DNA from: an uncultured Candidatus Binatia bacterium | GTDB lineage: Bacteria > Desulfobacterota > Binatia > Bin18 | Direction: 5' to 3' | Assembly (NCBI GenBank): GCA_965214755.1 | Contig: OZ243979.1 | Span: 1,923,251-1,987,250 of the forward strand | DNA: 64,000 nt | Part shown: piece by piece, positions 28,224 to 38,935 of the stretch | Layout: every line of letters begins with the position of its first letter | Numbering within the stretch: the stretch's first letter is position 1 | Notes under the pieces: generated by a model | Seen by the model: the letters and a program-made list of their open reading frames with translations, nothing else | Told to the model about the DNA's origin: nothing | The model's database searches: none | Program-made: the position numbers and the translations under genes

Positions 28224-30906
28224 TCACCACGTCCTGAATCCTTGCCGGCTCGAACGCCACCTCAAAAAATCCCACTGTCCAAAACCGCCCTGCTCATTCA
28301 CCGCCCGAATCCAGATGTCCATAGCCGCGCGTTTCGCTCGGTTCTGTTCGCTGTCTTGGCCTTTCACTTCTAATACTAGCATCTCACCGTTGCGGAAACG
28401 AATCACATAATCCGGCACAAAGTTTCGGGATGAACCCCGATCCAGATGGTTGTTCTTGACCCAGGCTGAGATAGGCGGCTCAATTTCACATATATCCGCA
28501 ACCGCCTTCTCCCACACACTGTCGTACACGGCGTGACTGATGTGCGATTTCACCGTGGCTTGGCACGGCTTTGTGGTGTACTAGGTCCGCATAGAGGCGG
28601 TTGAGCCAATCGCCTGATCTGGATCAAAGCAGACCTGCAATTGCTCGGCATTCTGCTTGCGCACGAAGCAGCTGACATGGCCGACCACTGTGTCCATATT
28701 CAGCGCAATCAGGATGCGACGACGCACCGGGTCTTGATGCCACAGACCGGGGATGTCGAGTTTGTCGCTGGCCAAAAACGCTTCTGCCAGCCGAATCAAT
28801 TGCACCGCTAGATAGGATATATCGCCCGAGAAGGCATCGGCGTTCAGAAGATACAACTTCCGGGCCGCTCGGAAGATGAGATTTTGGAGCCGAAATTCTT
28901 CAACCGCCTGCTCCAGGTCGATAGTACTCAGCTTGGACAAGTCAGTATGCCCGGTCAGGGCCGGAGCGACTTCCGCAGAGATGGGCGTCTGTGCAGGGTC
29001 CAAGGTCAAGGGTTCTACGGTATCCCAATCTATGACCAGTGTAGGACGGAGAAGCGTTTCTATGCGGGCCACATTCGGCCAGCGGATTTCATACTGGTTG
29101 CGTCCGGGGACGACTTCAACTTGCACGCTGGGTTTTGGCGGGGGCGGTACTGCTCCGCCTTCTCCAATATCCTGAAAGATGGACAAAGGAACGCTAAAGA
29201 CATTGACGTATTCCGGCAAGAATAATCCGTCCTCATCGCGCTCATACGACACCCGCCACAGCCCCCGACCAATCACCTGCTCGCACAGCAATTGACTCGT
29301 AAAGGCTCGTAGTCCCATGATGTGGGTCACATTCGCGGCATCCCAGCCTTCCGACAGCATGGCGACAGAGATGATATTTTGGAGCTTCTGTTCAGGTTTT
29401 CCCCGTTTGCCAACAGTATCGACGCTGGCGCGCAACTGTTCTTCCTGCTTGGCGCGTAACAACTCTTCGAGTTTATCATCAGGCAACCCTGAAACATTCA
29501 GGATCGCCTCCAGCCGTTCAGCATAGTCCTTATTTTTTGTGATCGATTCACCACGTTCGGCTTTTTCCAGCACCCGCGAATCAACCCGCAGCGTCTTTTC
29601 GAGATGTTGCAGACAGTCAGCAGGACCGTCGGTATCTCGTGCCCCTCGGCCTTCCAGTCTTCGGCTATTTCGCGCCAATCGTAGGCCAAAAGCGCATAGG
29701 CTTTCTGCACCAAATCGGGCAAGGGTTCGTGCGGCTCTGCCTTCCGGTTGAGGTCCTCCTTCACTTCCGCTTCGTTATAGAGGTGATAGAGCTTGCTCCT
29801 ATAGGTTTGGGCATTGGCGAGGGCATCGTCACGGACAACCACACGCGGAGTCTTGACTAAGCCGGCTTCAATAGCGTCATTCAGGCCAAAATCAGAAACG
29901 CTCCAATCGAACAGCCCCTTTTCGGTGGACTTCTTTCCGGTTGGGGCAAAGGGTGTCGCCGAGAGGTCAAAACAGCGACGAATCCGCCGGGTCTTGTGGA
30001 TACGGTCGAGCCCTTCTATCCAACGGGTGGCTCTTCCAGATCAATACCAAATTCCTGTGCCTCTCTTTTACTGACTTTGACCTCGGCACGCTGGCGGTAG
30101 GCATGGTGCGCTTCGGCATTGATAACCACGAGATTCTTGTAGCCGGCCAGCTTGCCTAATACGCGCCGCGTAAAAGCCTCATCGCTTCCCGCTCCCTTTT
30201 TGACAGCAGAGCGATCAGGCTCCTTGAGCGGCATGAGGCTATGCCAGTTCTCCACCAGGAGGACGGCCTGATTGACCTTCTAACGCAAAGCCTCATTCGG
30301 ACACAGACGAAACTCGTCGTAGACATTCTTTTCATGGCCCGGATAGAGCACCGGCAAGCGCTCCTTCACGGTCAGGCCCGGTGCAATAACAAAAATGGCT
30401 TGGGAAAATTCTTTGCGTTTGGGATAGGTCAGGGCATTCAACACCTGCCAGGTAATGATAAGGCCCATGAGCGTGGTCTTCCCGGCACCGGTTGCCATCT
30501 TATTGCAAATGCGTTCCCAGGGACCACTATCGCCGGGCAGGTGGATACCTTGCTTATATTCCGGCGGCCCTTCTACCCACCAGATCAATGTCTCGATAGC
30601 TTCGAGTTGGCAGAAGTAGAACGGCAACTAGCGTGCCTCGCGGTCGTGCCAATGTTCGAGCAAACGACGAGACACACTGGTCACGCCGGGATAGCCGGCC
30701 TCCCGCCACGCATCCACACGCGGACGAATACGGTTGACTCGCTCAAGCTCTTTAACCCGGCGGGTGTTGTTGCGCGTGTCAATAATCTCATACCCAGCCT
30801 CACGCCGGCCGGGTCTGACATCTAATACCTGTCCCCGTTCGTCCTGAGCCCAATGCTGCTGTGGATTGTCGTAGGGGGAGTTAATGATGAGGGAGGTTTG
30901 GGTCAT
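28224..30906 (-). pseudogene. res: Type III restriction endonuclease Res subunit, inactivated (4 in-frame TAG codons plus 2 or more frameshifts)
   Basis: Fragments carry the Res N-terminus, helicase motif I (ATGAGKT), motif VI (MLSEGWDAANVTHIMGLRAFTSQLLCEQVIGRGLWRV) and a C-terminal PD..(E)VK nuclease. In-frame TAG at 30628-30630, 30280-30282, 30016-30018 and 28581-28583. Frame changes near 30016 and 29678-29842. Confidence 0.8.
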
Positions 30907-31472
30907 TACACTGTCTCGGGTGGTAACATATCGCTAATAGAGAGAAATGGCGTTTCCGCGAAGGTCGTAATATGTATCGATCTGTATATCTCTTGCTTTC
31001 CTTCCGGGGAAACCAGAACTCCTTGTCTATCAAGCATTCTGCTCAATTGCTCTGCTATAAGGACATATCTGGGCGTCAGATTGGATCTCCAGTCGCTAAA
31101 CTCGCGTTCAGCTTCAACTTCACACACGGAAAGCAGATATTTCAAAATTGGCAGGGAGCGCCGTAGCTGCTCCTTGGCCTCTTCCTCTTCGCGCAGCTTG
31201 TTCTTCAATTCGACAAAGATAACGTAATCGTTGCCGTCCGATTGACCAGTCAGCACATAGTCGCAGCTTTTTTTCACATTAGGGTGGTCTCGCAACCCTC
31301 GCATATGCATGCGTGGGCTTATACGTATGGCGAGAAAAGGTGCGGAAACACCGGTAAGCTCAACCTCCATTTTCGATTGATGATCCCGAAGAGTGACGAC
31401 GCCATTAGGTGCCTTGGGACGCTGAAGAAATTGCGATCCTAGAACGGTCTCCAATTGGGAAATCAACTCCAC
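30906..31472 (-). CDS. Hypothetical protein with a putative PD-(D/E)xK nuclease motif (D...DYVIFVELK); GTG start; stop overlaps the res start (TAATG)
   Basis: 188 aa, intact. Translationally coupled to res. Downstream of the ATPase gene. Confidence 0.5.
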   Translation of the reverse strand: MELISQLETVLGSQFLQRPKAPNGVVTLRDHQSKMEVELTGVSAPFLAIRISPRMHMRGLRDHPNVKKSCDYVLTGQSDGNDYVIFVELKNKLREEEEAKEQLRRSLPILKYLLSVCEVEAEREFSDWRSNLTPRYVLIAEQLSRMLDRQGVLVSPEGKQEIYRSIHITTFAETPFLSISDMLPPETV

Positions 31473-31553
31473 CTCACTCTTCCTCTTCGACCGTCATACC
31501 ACTTACTTTTCTCTCATCACTAATTGTTAAATATACTACTTGTGACAAAAGAA

Positions 31554-32975
31554 TCAATCTCCCTCGTGCTTTAGCCGGAATCCGAGTTCATTGGAAATCT
31601 TGTTGATATCGTGAATCGTTGTGTCAAAGACCGGCATGTCAATGCCGTATTTTTCAATCGTACACTGCGTCAGGCTGTTGTTTTCCGCCGCGTAGGCTCG
31701 GACCGAATCGGGCTTCAGGTAGTCGTGCTCTGAGTACTTGAGTTTTTTCAGCACCTTGGGCTTGTCCTTGAAATCCTTGCTCAGCATGAGCAGATTGTTG
31801 ATTTCCTTAACGATATAGTCGCTGTGGGTCGTAATCAGGACTTTCAGACCAGCGTGGACGGCCCGCGCCAACAGACGCGCCAGGGCAATCTGATTGGCTG
31901 TGTCAAGATGACTTTCCGGTTCGTCAATGATGGGAAGCTGATTTTTTTTGGCGATGTGGCGCAGAAAGAAATACAGGTCCGATAATCCACGGACCGAAGA
32001 AGAGGCGATATGGAGAGGAATATCGAAGCTATCCGCTTTCCGCGCATTTGATTTGAATCGGATGTCGTCACCGGAACTTTTGTAATAACCTCCCATCATG
32101 TCTCTGATATTCTTAAACAATTCAGAGGCGTATATTTCGCTTCGTTGCCTTTGGAGATCGGGAAGACCTCTGGTGTAGTCGATGTTGTCTCTGATGGGAA
32201 GCGCGTACCGACCGGCCAGCTTGTCGATTATCAGGAATGGCTGGAAACGTTCTCTTTCCCTGTCCTGTCCGATTTCTTGAAGCGCCTCCACTAAACGATT
32301 CTTTGTAAAGTCGAGTTCCTTGTAGAAGAGCGATATACCAAAACGCTCGGCGGAGAGAATGAACGGTTCGGGAGATTCAGGAAAAAGAAACGAAAGATAA
32401 AGGTCTGAGAGAACACTTGAAAGAGCATCAGCGGGAGGAGATTTTCTGCTGCCCCCCTTGCTTCTGGACAGACACATTTCATCATCTGTATAGGCAAGTG
32501 TAAATTTGTCTCCGGTGGAGAGATTAAGCGTTTTGCTCGGCGCGTGCTCAGGAAACTTATCTCCAATTACGACTTCGATAGACGCGCCTTCGAAGTCTTT
32601 GTCTGAAGAGCTAAACACATTCGCCAGGGCTTCTTCTGAGAAGTCTTGAGCCACTTCTCCCATAATGAAGTGGCGATCTAAATTAAGCGTCTCTCGATCC
32701 ACGGACCACTTCACCTGACCCTGTTCTACGACTGTTCTGGCAAGCGTTTTCATGGCTGGGGGACGTGATTTAGTGCCGGAAAAGGGAGGGAGCTGGACCA
32801 ACTCATCAAGAAACTCTGGGAGCGGGGGCCAGTTTGGCCACATTTTGAGAAACCCATACAACGTATACGCCACATATGTCTTGCCGGTATTATTCCGACC
32901 GGCAATGATCGTCAGATCGCCTAGTTCCAGTTCGGCTTCGTTTATGGGACCGAGGTTCTTAAATACGAATTTCAT
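31554..32975 (-). CDS. AAA-family (AAA_15/AAA_21, ABC-like) ATPase
   Basis: Walker A IIAGRNNTGKTY, Walker B/D-loop IIDEPESHLD...TTHSDYIV. About 473 aa from MKFVFKNLGPI. Intact. Confidence 0.8.
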   Translation of the reverse strand: MKFVFKNLGPINEAELELGDLTIIAGRNNTGKTYVAYTLYGFLKMWPNWPPLPEFLDELVQLPPFSGTKSRPPAMKTLARTVVEQGQVKWSVDRETLNLDRHFIMGEVAQDFSEEALANVFSSSDKDFEGASIEVVIGDKFPEHAPSKTLNLSTGDKFTLAYTDDEMCLSRSKGGSRKSPPADALSSVLSDLYLSFLFPESPEPFILSAERFGISLFYKELDFTKNRLVEALQEIGQDRERERFQPFLIIDKLAGRYALPIRDNIDYTRGLPDLQRQRSEIYASELFKNIRDMMGGYYKSSGDDIRFKSNARKADSFDIPLHIASSSVRGLSDLYFFLRHIAKKNQLPIIDEPESHLDTANQIALARLLARAVHAGLKVLITTHSDYIVKEINNLLMLSKDFKDKPKVLKKLKYSEHDYLKPDSVRAYAAENNSLTQCTIEKYGIDMPVFDTTIHDINKISNELGFRLKHEGD

Positions 32976-33053
32976 GGCTCTGTCTCCGCAGTGCAGGTTG
33001 CGTGTTTCCCTCACCCTAACCCTCTTCCAGAGGGAGAGGGAATAGGAGGCCGG

Positions 33054-33951
33054 TCAGTCGGTGATATCCATCACCTTGAGGCTTTCAATGCCGCGGTCAT
33101 CAACGATTTTTACGGCGATACGTCGATTGTCGCCCGGCTCGAAGGGCAGGGATTTTGTGCCCTGAAACCGGGCCAGCAACAAACGGTCGCGCAAATAGCT
33201 GAGATAGGAGTGAATCCCCAACTCCCACGTGTCCCGAAACGCCTTAATCATCTCCGGCTCTTGGGTCAGGTCATTATCATTCCGATCTTTCACATCCCGC
33301 TTATTGGTGAACGGCTGAAAGTTCGAGCCGTATTTGATGCCATACGGCGGGTCGATGTAGATCATCTGCACCTGCCCGGCCATGCTCTCCTTGTGTAACA
33401 GTGAGTTCATGACCAGCAGCGAATCGCCGGCAATCAGCCGGCTGGCCCAGTCGCGCTCGTGCTTGTAGAAGTCGATGGCTTCGCGCAACGGCAGGTTCTC
33501 GAACGGAGCGGCAAACAGGTCAGGCTGGAACTCTGACTTGCCTCTTGCCTTTTCCTCCCTTCATACGTTTCTGTACCGCAGCCAGAAGCGTGGCCGGGTC
33601 AATCCGCTCATGAACGTGCAGCGCCACCGTATCGACCTCAAAGCTGGTCCGTTCGGCCTTGCCGGTCCAGTTGAGATATGGCGCGTGCAGACGTTTGAGC
33701 TCTTCCAGGGCTTGGCGCATGACCGCCTCATCTCCCGAGGCGAGAGCGTCGTCAATCAGCCTTTCAATGTCGGCGCGGGCGGTGTCAAAGTTGAGAGTCG
33801 GGTCGATATGCGGGTCGCAGGCCCAGCTTGTCTGTCCCTCCACCTCGTCGCTGCTGGTATCGACCATGCCGACATGCGGATTGTTCTTGCGCTTGTCGCT
33901 GTGGCGGTAGCTGAGGGTCTGCTTGGCTGTCTTTTGCTTAGAGGTTGCCAT
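33054..33951 (-). pseudogene. mod: Type III R-M Mod (N6-adenine methyltransferase) remnant: N-terminal region and DPPY motif only; frameshifted and lacking the TRD and motif I
   Basis: ORF 33520-33951 carries a Mod N-terminus (LNWTGKAE...LHVHERIDP). ORF 33054-33488 carries [25 protein letters not shown]...IYIDPPYG and then ends after about 80 aa. The two are in different frames. Confidence 0.7.
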
Positions 33952-34157
33952 TCCATGTTCTCAAAATATCTGTTCTCAATTCTCTGTGTCCAGCCTGGAA
34001 ATTTCCTCAACGCTCCAGCGGCCCGGACGCTTTCTCCATGATGACATATCCAGCAACAAATGTCGTTTATACAGCGTTTCGTTCGTTGCCGGGTCGGCCA
34101 ATCCCTTGGCCCCGGCGGCCCAAGATGCTATGGCCCAAGAAAAAGGAGGATACTATT

Positions 34158-34538
34158 ATGAGCGCATCTGACGCGCGGGCGGCAACGAGTTCCTACGCCG
34201 AAGCCGACCCGCAACTGTACGCCTTTCTCGATTGGATGGAGCAGCAAGACCCCGACTATGCCAAGGCATTCCGAGCCTACGGCGAGAAGGGCACCGGGGA
34301 AGGTCAGGCCCTTGCGGTCAAATACCGTGAAATGGTCATGACCGCTATTCTGGTGTTCACGGGCCGGAAGGAAGGAGCCGTGGCCCACCTCAAACGGGCA
34401 ATCGAATATGGAGCCACAAAGCGCGAGCTGTTCGAGGCCGGCCAATCCGCGGCTATTCCTGGCGGCGGGGTCACCTTGGGCTTATGGATGCAAATCCTCA
34501 CCCAACTCGATAGCGAAGGCGCTTTTATCAACGGCTAG
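34158..34538 (+). CDS. Carboxymuconolactone decarboxylase family protein (AhpD-like)
   Basis: 126 aa from MSASD with AAAGGAGGA SD. CMD-family helices. Confidence 0.7.
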   Translation: MSASDARAATSSYAEADPQLYAFLDWMEQQDPDYAKAFRAYGEKGTGEGQALAVKYREMVMTAILVFTGRKEGAVAHLKRAIEYGATKRELFEAGQSAAIPGGGVTLGLWMQILTQLDSEGAFING

Positions 34539-34555
34539 GGAAGGAGGGCGTCCCT

Positions 34556-35071
34556 ATGGCACAAGCAGCGACAGCACAGTCCGAGCCGATTCACCCTCAA
34601 ACCCGAATCGGCCACATTCACTTGACGGTGACCGACCTGGAGCGATCATTAGCCTTTTACCGTGATCTGCTCGGCTTTGAGGAGACCATGCGCTACAAGG
34701 ATTCGGCCGTATTTCTGTCCGCCGGCGGCTACCATCACCACCTGGCGCTGAATACCTGGGCCGGACTGGAGGCCAGCCCGCCCCCGCCCGGACATACCGG
34801 GCTGTATCACTTTGCCATTCTCTACCCTAGTCGTCGGGAACTGGCCCGGGCGGTGCAGGCACTGCGGCAGGCCGACTATCCGTTGCAGGGCACCTCCGAC
34901 CACGGCGTGTCCGAGTCCGTCTACCTGGCTGACCCGGACGGCAACGGAGTGGAGCTGTCGGTGGACCGTCCGCCCGAGACCTGGTCCCACGACGCGCAGG
35001 GCAATATTCAGGCCGGTCGCGGGAAGGTGGACCTGGACGCGTTGCTGGCCGAGTTGGAGGAAAGGGCTTAG
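34556..35071 (+). CDS. VOC (glyoxalase/extradiol dioxygenase-like) family protein
   Basis: IGHIHLTVTDLERSLAFYRDLLGF, a betaalphabetabetabeta module pair. Confidence 0.8.
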   Translation: MAQAATAQSEPIHPQTRIGHIHLTVTDLERSLAFYRDLLGFEETMRYKDSAVFLSAGGYHHHLALNTWAGLEASPPPPGHTGLYHFAILYPSRRELARAVQALRQADYPLQGTSDHGVSESVYLADPDGNGVELSVDRPPETWSHDAQGNIQAGRGKVDLDALLAELEERA

Positions 35072-35073
35072 GA

Positions 35074-36258
35074 ATGGATTTCAAATTCAGCCCGGAAGAC
35101 GAAGCCTTTCAGCAGGAATTCAGAAGCTGGCTGGAACACAACATTCCCCGCGACTGGCGGGGCGACGAGTTACACGACCCCGACACCCTAGAAGAGTTCG
35201 AGCGGCGGCGCGCCTGGCATCGCCGGTTGTATAACGGGGGCTGGATGTGCATCCACTGGCCCCAGGAGTATGGCGGCCGCGGCGCGAGCCTGATCCAGCA
35301 GGTCATCTACCAGCAGGAACTCGACCGGGCCAAGGTACCACCGACGGTCAATTTTCAGGGTATCGCGCGGGTGGGACCGACGTTGATGCAATGGGGCACC
35401 CCGGAGCAGAAGCAGCGCTATATCCCCAAGATTCCGCCGGCTGAAGAAATCTGGTGCCAGGGCCTGTCAGAACCCGACCACGGCTCCGACCTAGCTGCAG
35501 TGGAGACGCGGGCCGTTGACCGGGGCGACCACTTCCTGGTCAACGGTTCCAAGGTCTGGACCTCCAACGCCCACCGCGCCGACTTCACCACCCTGCTGTG
35601 TCGAACCGATCCCGACGCGCCCAAGCATAAGGGACTCAGTTATCTGCTGGTCAATATGAAAAGCCCCGGTATCACCGTGCGGCCGCTGGTCCAGATAACC
35701 GGAGAGAGTGGTTTCAACCAAGTATTTTTTGATGATGTCCAGGTCCCCCTGGCCAACCTTGTCGGAGAGAAGAACCGGGGCTGGATGGTTGCCATGACCA
35801 ATATGATGTTCGAGCGCACGATTCACGGTGGACGCACCGACATGATGGTCGAGGTCAGACAGCTCACCGAATTGGCAAAAAAAGTGGACCGGGGCGGGCG
35901 TCCGGCCTGGGAGGATAGCTACGTCCGGCAAAGTCTGGCCCGTTTCGCGTGCGAGGCCGCAGCCCTCAAATACACCAGCTTCCGGCAGCTCACCAGCCAA
36001 CTCAAGGGGCTCCCGCCCGGGCCGGAAGGCTCGATTATGAAGCTGGGCACGAGTGGCTTGAACCTGCGCATGCAGGAATTTGCCATGGAGCTGTTGGGCC
36101 CCTATAGCCAGTTCGAATATCAGGCCAGCAGGGCGATTGACCGTGGCAAATGGTCGCATCGCATGCTGGCGGCGCGGCGCGGCACCATCGCGGCTGGAAC
36201 CAACGAGATTCAGCACAACATCATCGGCGAGCGGGTGCTCAAGCTGCCCAAGGGCTGA
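35074..36258 (+). CDS. Acyl-CoA dehydrogenase family protein
   Basis: ACAD N/M/C domains (WMCIHWPQEYGG, GSDLAAVETRA). Confidence 0.85.
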   Translation: MDFKFSPEDEAFQQEFRSWLEHNIPRDWRGDELHDPDTLEEFERRRAWHRRLYNGGWMCIHWPQEYGGRGASLIQQVIYQQELDRAKVPPTVNFQGIARVGPTLMQWGTPEQKQRYIPKIPPAEEIWCQGLSEPDHGSDLAAVETRAVDRGDHFLVNGSKVWTSNAHRADFTTLLCRTDPDAPKHKGLSYLLVNMKSPGITVRPLVQITGESGFNQVFFDDVQVPLANLVGEKNRGWMVAMTNMMFERTIHGGRTDMMVEVRQLTELAKKVDRGGRPAWEDSYVRQSLARFACEAAALKYTSFRQLTSQLKGLPPGPEGSIMKLGTSGLNLRMQEFAMELLGPYSQFEYQASRAIDRGKWSHRMLAARRGTIAAGTNEIQHNIIGERVLKLPKG

Positions 36259-36348
36259 CCGGCCCCCTACTCTCGTGACGACAGGGGTGATACCAAACAA
36301 CGGCCTGAGCAGCTATGAAAAAACAGCACGAAGCGGAGGGAACTGACC

Positions 36349-37467
36349 ATGCGTGACGGATTCAAAATTGTCGATACCGATTCTCATATGATGGAGCCGG
36401 ATTGGCTGTGGGAACGGCATATGGAAGACGCCTATAAGGCCGAAGCGCCCCGAATGGGCGAGGCACCGGGGTCGGGCCGCCGCACCTTTCTGGTCGAGGG
36501 CGAGTCGTTTACGCGCGAAAAGGGCAAATATCCGATGGCGGCCAAGGCGTTTCTCAAGGCCGCGTATAAGGCCATGGATCGCTTTGAGCGGGCCAAAGAA
36601 ACCGGCTTCAGTGCCAAAAGCCGGCTCATGGACATGGACGAGCAGGGCGTGGATGTCCAGATTCTCTACCCGACCTATACCGGCCAGATGCTCGGTCGCG
36701 AGTTCCGCGATACCAAACTGCTGGCAGCCTGCTGCCGGGCCTATAATAACTGGGCCGCTGACTACACCTCCGAAGCGCCAGAGCGCCTGCGCTGGGCCGC
36801 AGCCCTGCCCATGCAGGAACCGGCGGAGGCGCTCAAAGAGGCCGAACGCGCCGCGACAAACGGCTGCGTCAGCTATTATATGCGGCCCAACCCGGTCGGC
36901 GGCCGGACGCTGTGGCATGAGGACTATCACCCGCTGTGGGCGACCATTGAGAGGCTGGGCCGACCCATCTCAACCCATGACTCGGCTTCGGCCTCGGTGC
37001 CCTCGTTTGGCGACCGCATGGACACGCATACCAGCGGCCATATTTTATCCCATCCGTTTGAGGCCATGGCGGCCATGGCCGGTCTGATCTGGTTCGGCAT
37101 CTTTGAAAAATTCTCCCAGCTTAAGGTCATCCACGTCGAGGGCGACGGCGGCTGGACCCCGTACTGGCTGCAACGCATGGAACAGCACTGGAATTTCAGC
37201 GGGAACGCCGAACACGAATATCTCACCCGGCCGCCAACGGAGTATTTTCGCAGCAATGTGTGTGTGGGCTTCCGGGGTGACGAGCCCACTATGAAAGCCG
37301 CAGTCGAGCTGGTGGGCGACGATAATTTTACCTGGGACTCCGACTATCCGCACCCGGACGGCACCTATCCGTGGGGCGTGCAAGCCATGCTCGATCAGCC
37401 CATTCCCGAAGAGTCAAAACGCAAGCTGTTCTGGGATAATGGGGCGCGTATTTTTAATCTGGAGTAG
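36349..37467 (+). CDS. Amidohydrolase-2 family protein
   Basis: IVDTDSHMMEP start and metal-ligand pattern of PF04909. Confidence 0.75.
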   Translation: MRDGFKIVDTDSHMMEPDWLWERHMEDAYKAEAPRMGEAPGSGRRTFLVEGESFTREKGKYPMAAKAFLKAAYKAMDRFERAKETGFSAKSRLMDMDEQGVDVQILYPTYTGQMLGREFRDTKLLAACCRAYNNWAADYTSEAPERLRWAAALPMQEPAEALKEAERAATNGCVSYYMRPNPVGGRTLWHEDYHPLWATIERLGRPISTHDSASASVPSFGDRMDTHTSGHILSHPFEAMAAMAGLIWFGIFEKFSQLKVIHVEGDGGWTPYWLQRMEQHWNFSGNAEHEYLTRPPTEYFRSNVCVGFRGDEPTMKAAVELVGDDNFTWDSDYPHPDGTYPWGVQAMLDQPIPEESKRKLFWDNGARIFNLE

Positions 37468-37494
37468 CCACTGGTTGCTGAGGAGACACAGACT

Positions 37495-38295
37495 ATGGAT
37501 TTTAGCGGTAAAGTCGGCCTGGTGACGGGTGCGGCCTCGGGCATTGGCCGCGCGACCGCAATGGGATTTACCCAGCGCGGCGGGGCGGTTGCGGTCGCGG
37601 ATATTAACGCAGAGAACGCCAACGCGGTGGTCGCCGAGATCACGGAGGCGGGCGGAAAGGCCATGGCGGTCATCGCCGATGTGACCCAACAGGCCGACCT
37701 CGACCGGATGATTGCGACCACGACGGATGCCTTTGGCCGGCTCGATTTTCTGCACAATAATGCCTTTGGGCTGCCTGCGGCCCGGCCTGACAGTACGGTC
37801 ATGGCCCGCACCGCTGACCTGGACGACAGCGTCTGGGACAAGACGATCGACCTGGGTTTGTCGTCCGTTTTTCACGCCATGAAAAAGGCGATTCCGGTCA
37901 TGCGCCAGAACGACGGCGGAGCCATCGTCAACACCGCCTCCATTTCGGGTCTGCGGGCCGATTACGGCATTGCCGCGTATAACGCCGCCAAGGCCGGCGT
38001 GATCAATCTCACCCGAGTGGTGGCCGTTGAGTATGCCCGCGCCGGCATCCGGGCCAACTGTATCTGTCCGGGTGCCATCGACACGCCGCTGATCGCACCG
38101 GCCCTGGAGCTACCGGGGTTTGCCGAGAAGTTCGATGAGGTCATCCCCATGGGGCGGCTGGGCAGACCGGAAGAAATGGCCAATGTGATCCTGTTTCTGG
38201 CCTCTGATCTGGCCTCGTTTGTGACTGGCGCGGCGTTTGTCGCCGACGGCGGCCAAACCGCCAAAACGGGCAGCCCATCGTTTCTGCCGGAGTGA
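37495..38295 (+). CDS. SDR-family oxidoreductase
   Basis: TGAASGIG Rossmann, NNAG, YxxxK. Confidence 0.85.
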   Translation: MDFSGKVGLVTGAASGIGRATAMGFTQRGGAVAVADINAENANAVVAEITEAGGKAMAVIADVTQQADLDRMIATTTDAFGRLDFLHNNAFGLPAARPDSTVMARTADLDDSVWDKTIDLGLSSVFHAMKKAIPVMRQNDGGAIVNTASISGLRADYGIAAYNAAKAGVINLTRVVAVEYARAGIRANCICPGAIDTPLIAPALELPGFAEKFDEVIPMGRLGRPEEMANVILFLASDLASFVTGAAFVADGGQTAKTGSPSFLPE

Positions 38296-38386
38296 TGACA
38301 ACACCCTGGTTCTCTCCCGGACGGAGGGGGAATAAACGCGACAACATCCTCTCTCGGAGGGAGAGAGAATAAAAAAGGAGGAGAAC

Positions 38387-38824
38387 ATGGCAGACAAAAG
38401 TCTTGAGGCGCAGATGCAAGAAATGGTTGACCGCGAAGCGATTCGCAACCTGCCTTTGCAGTATTGTCACTGTGTGTGGCAACAGGATTTGGACGGATAC
38501 GTCAACCTCTTTACCGAAGACGGCTCGTTCTCGACCGACGACCCCAGCCTGCCGGGCGCGCAGGGGCATGACGGCTTGCGCACCATGATTAAGGGTGGCT
38601 TGGCGATGCAGCCCCGGCCCTTCATCCATAACCACGTCATTGAACTGAGCGGGCCGGATCAGGCCACGGGGACGTGTTATGTGGAAGTCCACATGAACCG
38701 CGAGGGCAAAAAGTGGGAAATGAAGGGTTGGTATAACGACGAGTACGCCAAAGTTGACGGCGAGTGGAAGTTCAAATCGCGCCGGATCACGACCGATTCC
38801 TTTGGCCCCAAGGACGAAGCCTAG
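38387..38824 (+). CDS. NTF2-like (SnoaL/DUF4440-like) protein
   Basis: 145 aa, typical length and composition of a SnoaL-like fold. Confidence 0.55.
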   Translation: MADKSLEAQMQEMVDREAIRNLPLQYCHCVWQQDLDGYVNLFTEDGSFSTDDPSLPGAQGHDGLRTMIKGGLAMQPRPFIHNHVIELSGPDQATGTCYVEVHMNREGKKWEMKGWYNDEYAKVDGEWKFKSRRITTDSFGPKDEA

Positions 38825-38935
38825 AGACTGGAATTAGGCCGAAGCGCACTGCCAAGAGCGGCCTCCCCCCATCCTAGCTTTCCCCCTCAAGGGGGAAGGG
38901 ACTGACCACTAGCCGCTGACCGCCCTCCCCACCGC

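Noticed and set aside
28224-30906. Alternative genetic code with TAG reassigned to explain in-frame TAGs
   Set aside because: Native genes in the window terminate cleanly at TAG (for example the CMD gene at 16789-16791 and the antitoxin at 48843-48845). The affected genes also contain frameshifts. Pseudogenisation is more parsimonious.
32976-33053. Inverted repeat ccctct...agaggg between the mod remnant and the ATPase gene as a mobile-element terminus
   Set aside because: It is a single short hairpin without a matching partner at the other end of the pair. More likely a terminator or attenuator.
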